Shown here: positions 7,537-15,338 of the stretch, piece by piece
How the letters are laid out: the number at the start of each line of letters is the position of its first letter
Numbering within the stretch: the stretch's first letter is position 1
Virus record (IMG/VR): IMGVR_UViG_2531839663_000005
DNA: 21,916 nt
Origin: a virus
Lineage: Duplodnaviria; Heunggongvirae; Uroviricota; Caudoviricetes
Strand: one strand, 5' to 3'
Translations under genes and position numbers: made by a program
The notes under the pieces: model-generated
Seen by the model: the letters and a program-made list of their open reading frames with translations, nothing else
What the model was told of the DNA's origin: nothing
Database searches by the model: none

Positions 7537-8004
7537 TTAATCGCCTTCATGAATGTTATTTTGATGATCCATTATCGCCATTGCCAGTTCCAGCTTAGTG
7601 CTTTCTAATAATTCCTCACATAGAACCAAATCATGAATAATCTGTTGTAGTAAATCCTTGCTGACAGCGCTATCCGCAACCCAAACAGCAATGTTCTCCA
7701 TTTCTTGGACAAAGAGCTTTACACAATGCTCAAACCCATTGATTTCAAGGAAGAATGCGGAGAGAAATATTCCGGATCTTTTATTGCCATCAGTAAAAGC
7801 GTGAAGTTTGTTCACTGAAAAAAACAAATGTGTGAGCTTTGACTCAAAGCTTGGGTAGTACCAATCATTTTGGATATGATCGAGGACACTCTCCAGTACT
7901 CCTCGATCGCGAATGCCTTGTAAACCGCCAGAGCGTTCAATGATGTGATCATGTACTGCTATGGCGTGCTCAATATCAAAGTAATTAAACTGAATCTCAT
8001 CCAT
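7537..8004 (-). CDS. Doc/Fic-family protein (death-on-curing-like toxin), 155 aa
   Basis: Fic/Doc active-site motif HAFTDGNKR (encoded at 7777-7803); GAGGG SD 7 nt upstream; 12 nt downstream of the partner gene stop; AT-rich compared with flanking phage genes. Confidence 0.8.
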   Translation of the reverse strand: MDEIQFNYFDIEHAIAVHDHIIERSGGLQGIRDRGVLESVLDHIQNDWYYPSFESKLTHLFFSVNKLHAFTDGNKRSGIFLSAFFLEINGFEHCVKLFVQEMENIAVWVADSAVSKDLLQQIIHDLVLCEELLESTKLELAMAIMDHQNNIHEGD

Positions 8005-8016
8005 GGCAGCACCCTC

Positions 8017-9030
8017 TTAGCGATCTTTTAAGCGTTTAAACACTTCAAGAGTTTCAGGGTCATTGAGTCTCTCTTCGAGTGACTTGCTTTTCTCGCCTAA
8101 GAATCTCTCAAAGTCGCTTTCTGGTACCGATCGGACATAAGCCTCAAGTTTTTCATGCAAGGCATCACGGAAGCATAGATCCCTGCTCGCCATTTTGGTG
8201 CGAACATCAACCAGCATTGGCTCGTATAAGGGATGCTTTTCCATTGTTGATAAGATGGATTCTGCTTCTTTATATGTGAGTTTTCTGCCCAGGTGGGTGG
8301 CTTTTTGTTTTATCTCGTGAGCGAGGCCAGCTTCGAAACTAGCAATTAAGGTGAGAACCTCAGAATACATCGTGTCACGAATTTTATCGTTTTGATGTAG
8401 TTTCAGCACCTTGCGGTACTCATTTGCATTCTCATGGAAAATGCTCTGATAAATCGCATTGGTGAGTTTTCCAAACTTCCAACCATTGGCATCTACATAA
8501 TCATTAAGAGCATCGGTGAACTGTTTCCGATAGCTTTCTTCCTTGAATGCTGCAACAAGATAATCTTCATCTCTTTGGTTGATAAATTTTGTATGTCCGC
8601 CAGCGCGTTCTGCCAGTGTGTCGATAACGATATCAAGTAAACGTGTTCGAATGATCCTCGCTTGCTCACTTTCAACAAGCAACATGGCAAGGTTTAATAC
8701 GGCTCGAAATTTAAACACTCCAAGAACAGACGTTTTGGTACCCTCATTCATGAGGGTACCATCTGCCACCTCTTTGAATTCCTTTAAAATTTTCCCTTTT
8801 AGAATGATGTATCCGTTGTTCTTTAATTCATCAATGTTGCTGGTTAGGTACCTTTCTATCGTTGCGTCGCTAACATCAAAAATCTCAACCAATTGATTTT
8901 TGGTAAACACTATCTCGCCATCAAATTCGATCCCGCCCAAAGCAAGATGCTTTTCGGCGTGCTTGAGTGCATACGAATTATTGAGAATGTTTTGTCTGTC
9001 GTGAGCGGAGGTTGTCAGATCCTTAGCCAT
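8017..9030 (-). CDS. RhuM-family-like protein (tentative), 337 aa; first gene of the cargo operon
   Basis: Strong ORF with AGGAAAAGG SD; N-terminal winged-helix-like segment and central NLAMLLVESEQARIIRTRLL / EYRKVL segments resemble my recollection of RhuM-family proteins. The family call is not verified. Confidence 0.7.
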   Translation of the reverse strand: MAKDLTTSAHDRQNILNNSYALKHAEKHLALGGIEFDGEIVFTKNQLVEIFDVSDATIERYLTSNIDELKNNGYIILKGKILKEFKEVADGTLMNEGTKTSVLGVFKFRAVLNLAMLLVESEQARIIRTRLLDIVIDTLAERAGGHTKFINQRDEDYLVAAFKEESYRKQFTDALNDYVDANGWKFGKLTNAIYQSIFHENANEYRKVLKLHQNDKIRDTMYSEVLTLIASFEAGLAHEIKQKATHLGRKLTYKEAESILSTMEKHPLYEPMLVDVRTKMASRDLCFRDALHEKLEAYVRSVPESDFERFLGEKSKSLEERLNDPETLEVFKRLKDR

Positions 9031-9114
9031 GCCTTTTCCTCGATAGGGATACGATGCGAGTAAGATAGCATTGATTGCTAAGGCCGGTTAGTGCGGGAGT
9101 GTTGGAAAGGGGCT

Positions 9115-9147
9115 GCATTTTTTTGAAATCCAGAAGGAAAAAAATGC
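9115..9147. repeat. Inverted repeat GCATTTTTTT-N13-AAAAAAATGC upstream of the cargo operon
   Basis: 10-bp perfect arms seen in sequence, about 85-115 bp upstream of the RhuM-like start on the minus strand; possible regulator or IHF-type site. Confidence 0.3.
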
Positions 9148-9268
9148 TGCAAAATTCCGCGCAAAACTGCACAAATTTTATGGTGGTTATTTTTCAGGAG
9201 CAGACCAGACGGGGCGGGCCTTCCGGTGGTCTGCACATTTGCACAAAAAAGCGGGGTTTCTGCGTGCG

Positions 9269-9288
9269 GGCGAGGCGGGGGAATGAGC
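9269..9288. other. cos-like sequence (phage cohesive end site), internal to the prophage
   Basis: GGCGAGGCGGGGGAATGAGC matches the first 12 nt of the P2 cohesive end as I recall it (GGCGAGGCGGGGAAAGCAC); lies just past the portal gene as expected for P2-type packaging. Confidence 0.5.
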
Positions 9289-9390
9289 GCGCGCTGAGGG
9301 GTGGGATAGGGTCGGTATTATCTGCGCCGATTTTCGCGCCGCTGCGCCTCGCTGCTGCGTCGTTTTCGGTTCGCCGTGGTGGTTTGAGGC

Positions 9391-9427
9391 AAAAGAAAAG
9401 CCCCTGCCAGCGGGCTGCTGAGGGGCT
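9391..9427 (-). terminator. Rho-independent terminator downstream of Q (P-Q operon)
   Basis: On the minus strand: 7-bp stem AGCCCCT/AGGGGCT with a structured loop, followed by TTTTCTTTT; about 70 nt after the Q stop. Confidence 0.55.
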
Positions 9428-9497
9428 TACGTGCGGTGTGGTCAGTTGCGGCCGTGCTGGCCGTTCCACGGTGGTGGTGGGTGTGTCCGGGCTGGCG

Positions 9498-10547
9498 TCA
9501 GATTGCTGCCTGCAACAGTGCGTAAGGATTGAAGCGCACCACGTCGATCCCCAGCCAGTCGTTTAACTCTTTCAGGCTTTCTTGTATCGGAGCCAGTTCG
9601 TTGATGGAAAACACCTTCGCCGCTTTCTCTACGTCGCCGAAGCCACCGGAGTTATTAGGCATTACCCCCATCAGAACGGGCGGCACGCGGTGCGCGGCTA
9701 GCAGGTCGTCGCGGGTGGCGTCTTTGATGCCGGTAAACTCATCCTTCGCCGCCACCTGGCTGAACGGCATAATTTGCAGGCCGTCTTTTTTCCCGCCCGC
9801 CGCGTAGACAAACAGGTTTTTAAAAGCACCGTTGCCGCGTGCATCTTTCAGCGACTTCTTAAGCTTTTCCACATCGTTATTATTCGCCACCGGGTCAGTG
9901 AGGTAGACGATCACACCCGCATGACTGCCGTTAATGTAGTAGTTGCGGCGGAACACCGTTGCTTCACCGTTCAGCATGGCGCTTTGTAGCGCGGCCAGAT
10001 ATTCCGGCGCGCCGTAGATCTCCTGGTGCGGGCTGGGGTTCTTGATCTGGCAGACGCTGCCCGGTTCGAACGCGTGATCGTCAACGTAGCGCGGAACAAA
10101 CCAGAATTGAGCCGGGTCTATGCCGCGCCGCGTATATTTCGCCTGGCTGTGCCGCAGCTCAATCGGCTGGCCGAGTCGGTTGCGGCGGCATTCCATGTAA
10201 CAGTTACCGAAAATTAAATAATCCTGCACCCAGGCGGTGAACTCCTGCCGGGTCAATAGCGGGTGTGGTATGTAGCAACTGGCGATAACATTGCGTTTAA
10301 ATATCAGCGGTGACTGGTGATAGGCGGCAACGTCGAACATGCGCGCAAGCCCGTAGGGGCTGATCGGTGGTTCATACCAGCGGCCATTGTTATGGCATTC
10401 GAGGCACTCCATAAGAGACGCGCGATCGTTGACTGCGATCGGGTCGCCAAAGCTGAAAGATTCCACGCTTTCCAGCGGGGTGGCTGCGTTGCTGGCCGTG
10501 CTGGCTGGCGCAGCAGTTGGCGCCCTGAATTTCTTTTTGCCGCTCAA
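9498..10547 (-). CDS. Q: Portal protein (P2 gpQ-like)
   Basis: 349 aa, same size class as P2 Q; TTG start at 10547 with GGAGGAG 6 nt upstream, directly abutting the P stop; position next to cos and the terminase. Confidence 0.85.
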   Translation of the reverse strand: MSGKKKFRAPTAAPASTASNAATPLESVESFSFGDPIAVNDRASLMECLECHNNGRWYEPPISPYGLARMFDVAAYHQSPLIFKRNVIASCYIPHPLLTRQEFTAWVQDYLIFGNCYMECRRNRLGQPIELRHSQAKYTRRGIDPAQFWFVPRYVDDHAFEPGSVCQIKNPSPHQEIYGAPEYLAALQSAMLNGEATVFRRNYYINGSHAGVIVYLTDPVANNNDVEKLKKSLKDARGNGAFKNLFVYAAGGKKDGLQIMPFSQVAAKDEFTGIKDATRDDLLAAHRVPPVLMGVMPNNSGGFGDVEKAAKVFSINELAPIQESLKELNDWLGIDVVRFNPYALLQAAI

Positions 10548-12260
10548 TTAAAACTCCTCCACAAAACTGCCGTTATCGCCGGTCACTTCCGCGCCGATCG
10601 GTTCGTTGTAAATGCCCTGCATAGTTGCCCATGCCAGATCGCCGTGATTGCTGCCACGGGCGCGATCGGACTGGTAGGTTATAACGCCGCCTGCGGTGAC
10701 TTTACGCACGGTCATAAACGACTGCGCGAGATCCATCATTCCGGCGTCGAACTCAAAGCGCCCGGCGCGAATGACCATCAACATTTTGAGCACCATCGAC
10801 CGCTTAAGAACCGGTGAATAGTTGTATTTAACCGCCTGCGGGAAGAACTTGACCACCAGTTGATAAACCGCATCGCCGATCCCTGTGCCGTCGATAGCAA
10901 TGTGCTGCACGTTGTAGCGGGTGGTGATCTCTTTAATAAATTTGGCCTGCTCTTCATACTCCATGCCGCGTAACTGGTGGCGCTCTACCGCGCGGAACTT
11001 ACCACCCGGCACGGCTGGCGGGGCTAGCACAACCAGCCCGGCGCTGTCGCCTTTGCCGCTGCTGCCGTTGGGATCATAGCTAACCCAGACAGGGCGATTA
11101 CCCAGCGGACGGGGTGCAAACGGGTTCCAGTCCGGCCACGCGTCCGGCATGTAGCCATCAACGCCGCAGCCCAGAATTGCGTTGTAGTCGAAGGCGCGTT
11201 CCCCGGCTTTAACGAACGTGCAGCCGTATAGGTTGGCGTATTCGTCGGGGGAGTTTTCGTTACGGATTTCATCGGTATCAACCAGATCGAAGCCGAGCTT
11301 CACGGCGTCTTCCAGCGTGACTATCTGGCGCCAGATGTTATCCCCGCATAGCTTGCCGTTTTTCAGTGCCTTATAACTGGTGTCTATATCCACCCGATCG
11401 GCACGGGGACGGTGTTTATTGAACTGATCGCCAGTCCAGAAGGGATAGGCTTCATGCTCTTCACTGGATGGCGTTGAAAAGTAGGTGCGGCGTAGCCCTT
11501 TCTGCGTCGCCATGCCTGCGGCGACTTTGCGCAGGTTGATGAAGTTGCTGATCCAGAAGGCTTCATCCAGGTACAGATCGCCGGTATAACTCTGGGCCGT
11601 CGCGGCGGAGGTGCCGAGAAAGTACAGGATCGCACCGTTGCTTAATTCAATCGCATCACCGCCCTTTAGTTCTACCCCTATTTCCCTTGCCAGCTTCTGA
11701 ATGAACCGCTTGAACTGGAACGCCTGGGCGCGGCTGGCTGACAGGAATATCTGGTTATTTCCGGTTTCCAGCGCACGCAACAGCGCTTCGCGGGCAAAGT
11801 ACCAGGTGGCACCAATCTGGCGCGATTTGAGGATAAAGCGGTTACGCCGGTTCCACTGTTTGAACCAGCGTTTTTGATGCTCGTATAGCGAATCAAAGAC
11901 CAAGGCGCGAAGCTGGGTTATCTGTTCTTCGGTGAAATGGTTTTTCGGGGTCTTTGCCTTCTTCTCTTTCTCCTGGTCGCGTCGCTCATGCCGTTCAAAG
12001 CGGTCAAGCTGGCGCGCCAGCAGGTCAATTTCTTTGAAGTCCTTCGGGGTTTTGTCGTCCTTTTCCACCAGGCGCAGGTAACGAACGTGCGTGCGATCCT
12101 GCACCCGCTGCATGGGGGTGGCTTTATCCCATTCATAGCGGCGGCGCCAACTGTAGATCGTGTTAATGCTCACCCCGATTTCCTTAGAAATCTGAGTGAT
12201 GCTAAACGCCTGCCAGTAGAGGCTTTTGGCTTTTGTGCTGAGGTCTTCGGCTGTATTCAT
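10548..12260 (-). CDS. P: Terminase large (ATPase) subunit (P2 gpP-like)
   Basis: 570 aa; N-terminal HTH-like segment (ITQISKEIGVSINTIYSWRRRY) plus ATPase/nuclease body; divergent from the O-N-M-L operon. Confidence 0.9.
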   Translation of the reverse strand: MNTAEDLSTKAKSLYWQAFSITQISKEIGVSINTIYSWRRRYEWDKATPMQRVQDRTHVRYLRLVEKDDKTPKDFKEIDLLARQLDRFERHERRDQEKEKKAKTPKNHFTEEQITQLRALVFDSLYEHQKRWFKQWNRRNRFILKSRQIGATWYFAREALLRALETGNNQIFLSASRAQAFQFKRFIQKLAREIGVELKGGDAIELSNGAILYFLGTSAATAQSYTGDLYLDEAFWISNFINLRKVAAGMATQKGLRRTYFSTPSSEEHEAYPFWTGDQFNKHRPRADRVDIDTSYKALKNGKLCGDNIWRQIVTLEDAVKLGFDLVDTDEIRNENSPDEYANLYGCTFVKAGERAFDYNAILGCGVDGYMPDAWPDWNPFAPRPLGNRPVWVSYDPNGSSGKGDSAGLVVLAPPAVPGGKFRAVERHQLRGMEYEEQAKFIKEITTRYNVQHIAIDGTGIGDAVYQLVVKFFPQAVKYNYSPVLKRSMVLKMLMVIRAGRFEFDAGMMDLAQSFMTVRKVTAGGVITYQSDRARGSNHGDLAWATMQGIYNEPIGAEVTGDNGSFVEEF

Positions 12261-12306
12261 GGCAACAGGCTATCGCGCTCGCGCGCGCAACAATATCGCC
12301 GCTGGT

Positions 12307-12324
12307 TGTCGCCTGAGTCCGACA
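12307..12324. promoter_or_regulatory. TGT-N12-ACA dyad (TGTCGCCTGAGTCCGACA), candidate Ogr/Delta-type late activator site in the P/O divergent promoter region
   Basis: Perfect dyad seen in sequence; P2-family late promoters carry TGT-N12-ACA upstream of -35 (established); adjacent alternating CG tract. Confidence 0.45.
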
Positions 12325-12413
12325 AAGTGAAGGCTTTGCGCCTTCCGGCTGCAAAGGGAATGATTGGGGCACTGGTTAATATCAATCGCTTACCAACCCG
12401 GAGCTTTGTCACC

Positions 12414-13259
12414 ATGCCAATGACAAATTTTTTCCGCGCCGCAGTAGAGGGCGCAACCTGTGACGGCCGCGTGCTGGAACGTCAGCACATCACCGAAATG
12501 GCCGAACAGTACGATCCCCAGGTCTATGGCGCCCGCGTCAATCTGGAGCACATTTTAGGCTGGTCGCCGACAAGCGATTTCCGCGCGTATGGTGATGTGG
12601 TCGAGACTAAAACCGAAGAGATTGCCGAAGGCCCGTTAAAGGGCAAGCTGGCGCTTCTGGTGAAGGTGGACGCCACGGATGAACTGGTCGAACTGAAGAA
12701 GAAACGCCAGAAAATCTACCATAGCGTTGAGGTGCATCCGTCCTTTGCAGACACCGGCAAAGCCTACCTTATGGGGCTGGCCTGTACTGATAACCCGGCG
12801 AGCCTGGGCACCGAAATGATGAAGTTTTGCACCCAGAACGCCAGCGCCAACCCACTGGCCGCGCGTCACTACGCACCTGAATGCTTCTTCACTGAAACCC
12901 TGGAATCATCCCTCGAATTTGCGCAGGAAGAGCCGCCAGCGTCCGACACCGGGAAGAATTTCTTTTCCCGTATCAAGGAAATGCTGACTGGAACCCGCCA
13001 GCACTTCGATCGTGAAAATGGCGATATCCGCCAGGCGGTTGAACTGGTAGCGGAAAGCCAGGGTGAATTGCTGGACAAGATGGAAAAACTGAGCGCAGGG
13101 CAACTTAAGAACAAGCAGACCGCCGAAGCGGTGGAGAAGTTGCGCTCTGAGTTCGACGAGATGAAAGCGCAGCTTTCTACCCAGGACGCCAGTAAATTCC
13201 GCCGCCCGGAAGCGACCGGCGCAACTGAAAAATCTAACGCCCAGCTTGCTGACTGCTGA
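12414..13259 (+). CDS. O: Capsid scaffolding protein (P2 gpO-like)
   Basis: 282 aa from ATG 12414 (GGAG upstream); the ORF-track start at 11937 overlaps gene P and is rejected; synteny P/O/N. Confidence 0.85.
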   Translation: MPMTNFFRAAVEGATCDGRVLERQHITEMAEQYDPQVYGARVNLEHILGWSPTSDFRAYGDVVETKTEEIAEGPLKGKLALLVKVDATDELVELKKKRQKIYHSVEVHPSFADTGKAYLMGLACTDNPASLGTEMMKFCTQNASANPLAARHYAPECFFTETLESSLEFAQEEPPASDTGKNFFSRIKEMLTGTRQHFDRENGDIRQAVELVAESQGELLDKMEKLSAGQLKNKQTAEAVEKLRSEFDEMKAQLSTQDASKFRRPEATGATEKSNAQLADC

Positions 13260-13299
13260 TCGCCGCCAGTAACGAAGGAACAGTACAGGAAATATAACT

Positions 13300-14346
13300 A
13301 TGCGTAATTCTACCCGTGAATTGTTTGATGCGTATCTTGAGCGACAAGCTGAACTGAATCACATCAACAAGTCCCACGTAACAAAGTCGTTCAGCATTGA
13401 TCCAAGTGTTGAGCAGACGCTTGAAGACAAGGTGCAGCAGTCTTCCGAAATGCTGAAGCTGATTAACATCTACGGCGTTAACGATCAGACCGGTGAAAAA
13501 ATCGGTCTGGGCGTGAGCGGCCCGATTTCCAGCACTAACAATTCCACCACCGATCGCCGCCAGCCTGTATCCGTTACGGCGCTGGATTCGAACAAGTACA
13601 CCTGTAATAAGGTGAACGCGGATACTTTCGCCTCATATGCGCAGCTTGATGCCTGGGCTAAATTCCCGGATTTCCAGCAGCGTCTGAGCAATCAGATCAT
13701 TCAGCGTATCGCGCTTGACCGCATCATGATCGGCTTTAACGGAACCAGCTACGCGGATAAGTCCGACCGCAACGCTAACCCGCTTTTGCAGGATTGTGGT
13801 ATTGGCTGGTTGCAACAGTACCGCGCGAACGCGCCGCAACGTGTCATGAAAGATATCACCGTGACCAGCCGCGACGATTCCAACCAGGTGATCGCTAAAG
13901 GTGATTACGGTAACTACGACTCGCTGGTTTATGACGCGGTTAACTCACTGATGGACGAATGGTACAAAGATTCGCCCAATCTTGTGGTGATCACTGGTCG
14001 TAACCTGACGGTTAGCCGTTCGTTCCCGATCATCAATGCCGTAAGCACCAATAACCCGAACTCCGAAGCGCTGGCCGGTCAGTTGATCGCATCGCGTAAG
14101 ACGATCGGCAACCTGCCTTCGTTCATCGCGCCTTTCTTCCCTGATGGCAGCATGTTTATCACTTCGTGGGAAAACCTGTCGATTTACTGGCAGGAAGGTG
14201 CGCACCGTCGCCGTATCGTGGAAGAGCCGGAATATAACCGCGTCTCTACCTACAGTTCGTCAAATGATGCCTACGTTGTTGAAGATTACGGCTTCGGCTG
14301 TCTGATCGAAGGCATTACCGCCGCAGAACCAGCACCGGCACCATAA
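13300..14346 (+). CDS. N: Major capsid protein (P2 gpN-like)
   Basis: 348 aa; AGGA upstream; synteny between O and M. Confidence 0.9.
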   Translation: MRNSTRELFDAYLERQAELNHINKSHVTKSFSIDPSVEQTLEDKVQQSSEMLKLINIYGVNDQTGEKIGLGVSGPISSTNNSTTDRRQPVSVTALDSNKYTCNKVNADTFASYAQLDAWAKFPDFQQRLSNQIIQRIALDRIMIGFNGTSYADKSDRNANPLLQDCGIGWLQQYRANAPQRVMKDITVTSRDDSNQVIAKGDYGNYDSLVYDAVNSLMDEWYKDSPNLVVITGRNLTVSRSFPIINAVSTNNPNSEALAGQLIASRKTIGNLPSFIAPFFPDGSMFITSWENLSIYWQEGAHRRRIVEEPEYNRVSTYSSSNDAYVVEDYGFGCLIEGITAAEPAPAP

Positions 14347-14355
14347 ATCAGCGCA

Positions 14356-14374
14356 GGCCAGCTAACTGCTGGCC
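14356..14374 (+). terminator. Weak hairpin after the major capsid gene (possible attenuator)
   Basis: GGCCAGC-taact-GCTGGCC followed by GCTTTGGGGG; only a short T-run. Confidence 0.25.
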
Positions 14375-14388
14375 GCTTTGGGGGCATC

Positions 14389-15015
14389 ATGTTGACACCT
14401 GCTCAACAACATTTTAACCGCGTGATGGCAGAACGCCGCCACGCCAGCCGTGAGCCGTCGCAGCTTGAAATGACGGCCTACGAAACCATGCTTCACCGCC
14501 TGCGACTGGATAAAGCACGTTTGAGCCGTGTCCAGTCCCAGAAGGCTAAAGCGGATTTAAAACGCGAACTGCTGCCGGACTATCAGCCGTGGATCGAAGG
14601 CGTACTTACGGCAGATTCCGGCCAGTCTGACGACGTGTTAACCACTGTCATGATCTGGTGTTGTGACTGCGGAAACATCGCCGAAGCCCTGCGCATTGGT
14701 CAGTACGTATTGCGCCATAAGTTGCCGATGCCGGATCAGTATCGCCGCACCACCGCCACCGTACTGGTGGAAGAAATTTGCGATCCCGTCCTGGCTGCAT
14801 TCAAAGCTAACCCGGCTGTTGCGCCGGTCGCTGCTGACCTGCTGGAAGCGTTACGGGGTTTAACCCTGAACGAAGATATGCCGGATGAGGTGCGCTCAAA
14901 GCTGCTTAAGGCGCTGGGGTATACGCTGCGCCTGACTGACAACGTTGAATCGCTTACCGCTGCGGTTGAATACCTGCGTCAGGCGGCAGTGTTGAACCCG
15001 AAAAAGCAGGCGTAA
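14389..15015 (+). CDS. M: Terminase small (endonuclease) subunit (P2 gpM-like), zero-frame part only; see frame break
   Basis: 208 aa in frame; GGGGG SD; synteny N-M-L. The ORF stops early compared with the recalled size of P2 M (about 247 aa) and leaves a 320-nt gap before L. Confidence 0.8.
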   Translation: MLTPAQQHFNRVMAERRHASREPSQLEMTAYETMLHRLRLDKARLSRVQSQKAKADLKRELLPDYQPWIEGVLTADSGQSDDVLTTVMIWCCDCGNIAEALRIGQYVLRHKLPMPDQYRRTTATVLVEEICDPVLAAFKANPAVAPVAADLLEALRGLTLNEDMPDEVRSKLLKALGYTLRLTDNVESLTAAVEYLRQAAVLNPKKQA

Positions 15016-15236
15016 CCCGTGATATTGAGCTTCTGCAACGTGCGCTTAAGAAGTCCGGGCAACCTGCTGACAGTGACGGCGCAGGCGGCAAGCCAGAAGC
15101 GAACAGCACCGAAACCCAGACGGCAACGCCGCCAGCGCAGCCAAAAGCGAAGCGGGAAACCAAAAAGCCCGCCGCTAAAAGTAAGCCGGCAGCGAAGAAT
15201 AGAACCACGACAGCCCGCCAGAAGGCGGCGTCATAA
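15006..15236 (+). CDS. M: Probable C-terminal extension of gpM in the -1 frame (76 codons, K/A/P/T-rich), reached by a frameshift at G_AAA_AAG (15000-15006) or separated by a 1-nt indel
   Basis: Open frame with no in-frame ATG/GTG/TTG; translation ...AGVTRDIELLQRALKKSGQPADSDGAGGKPEANSTETQTATPPAQPKAKRETKKPAAKSKPAAKNRTTTARQKAAS; fills the otherwise empty M-L gap. Confidence 0.4.
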   Translation, partial: AGVTRDIELLQRALKKSGQPADSDGAGGKPEANSTETQTATPPAQPKAKRETKKPAAKSKPAAKNRTTTARQKAAS

Positions 15237-15338
15237 CCGAACGTGCCCCCGCGCACCCAGGCGGCACGGCAGGCGAAAACAGGCAACGCCGCGTCTTCGT
15301 CCTGCCGTCCACCGCCTGACTTATACGGAGTAGAGATC

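Noticed and set aside
7537-9030. Interpretation of the cargo pair as a canonical phd-doc toxin-antitoxin module
   Set aside because: The upstream partner is 337 aa with a winged-helix-like N-terminus, not a ~70-aa Phd/YefM-type antitoxin; gene order and size do not fit the classical module, so it is reported as a distinct candidate system.
9075-9566. 163-aa plus-strand ORF and 91-aa minus-strand ORF (9194-9469) in the region between the cargo operon and Q
   Set aside because: They lie in the GC-rich cos/terminator interval, overlap the cos-like sequence and the Q terminator, lack SD sequences and have Arg/Gly/Ala-rich low-complexity translations typical of random GC-rich frames.
11937-12413. 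Upstream 159-codon extension of the O ORF (track start 11937)
   Set aside because: It overlaps the 5' part of gene P on the opposite strand and crosses the divergent promoter region; the real start is ATG 12414 with a GGAG SD.
15019-15333. 104-aa Arg-rich ORF (GTG start) after M
   Set aside because: Extremely R/Q/P-rich and in the same frame as M after its stop; the -1 frame over the same DNA gives a far more protein-like K/A/P/T-rich continuation of M, so this reading is considered the wrong frame.
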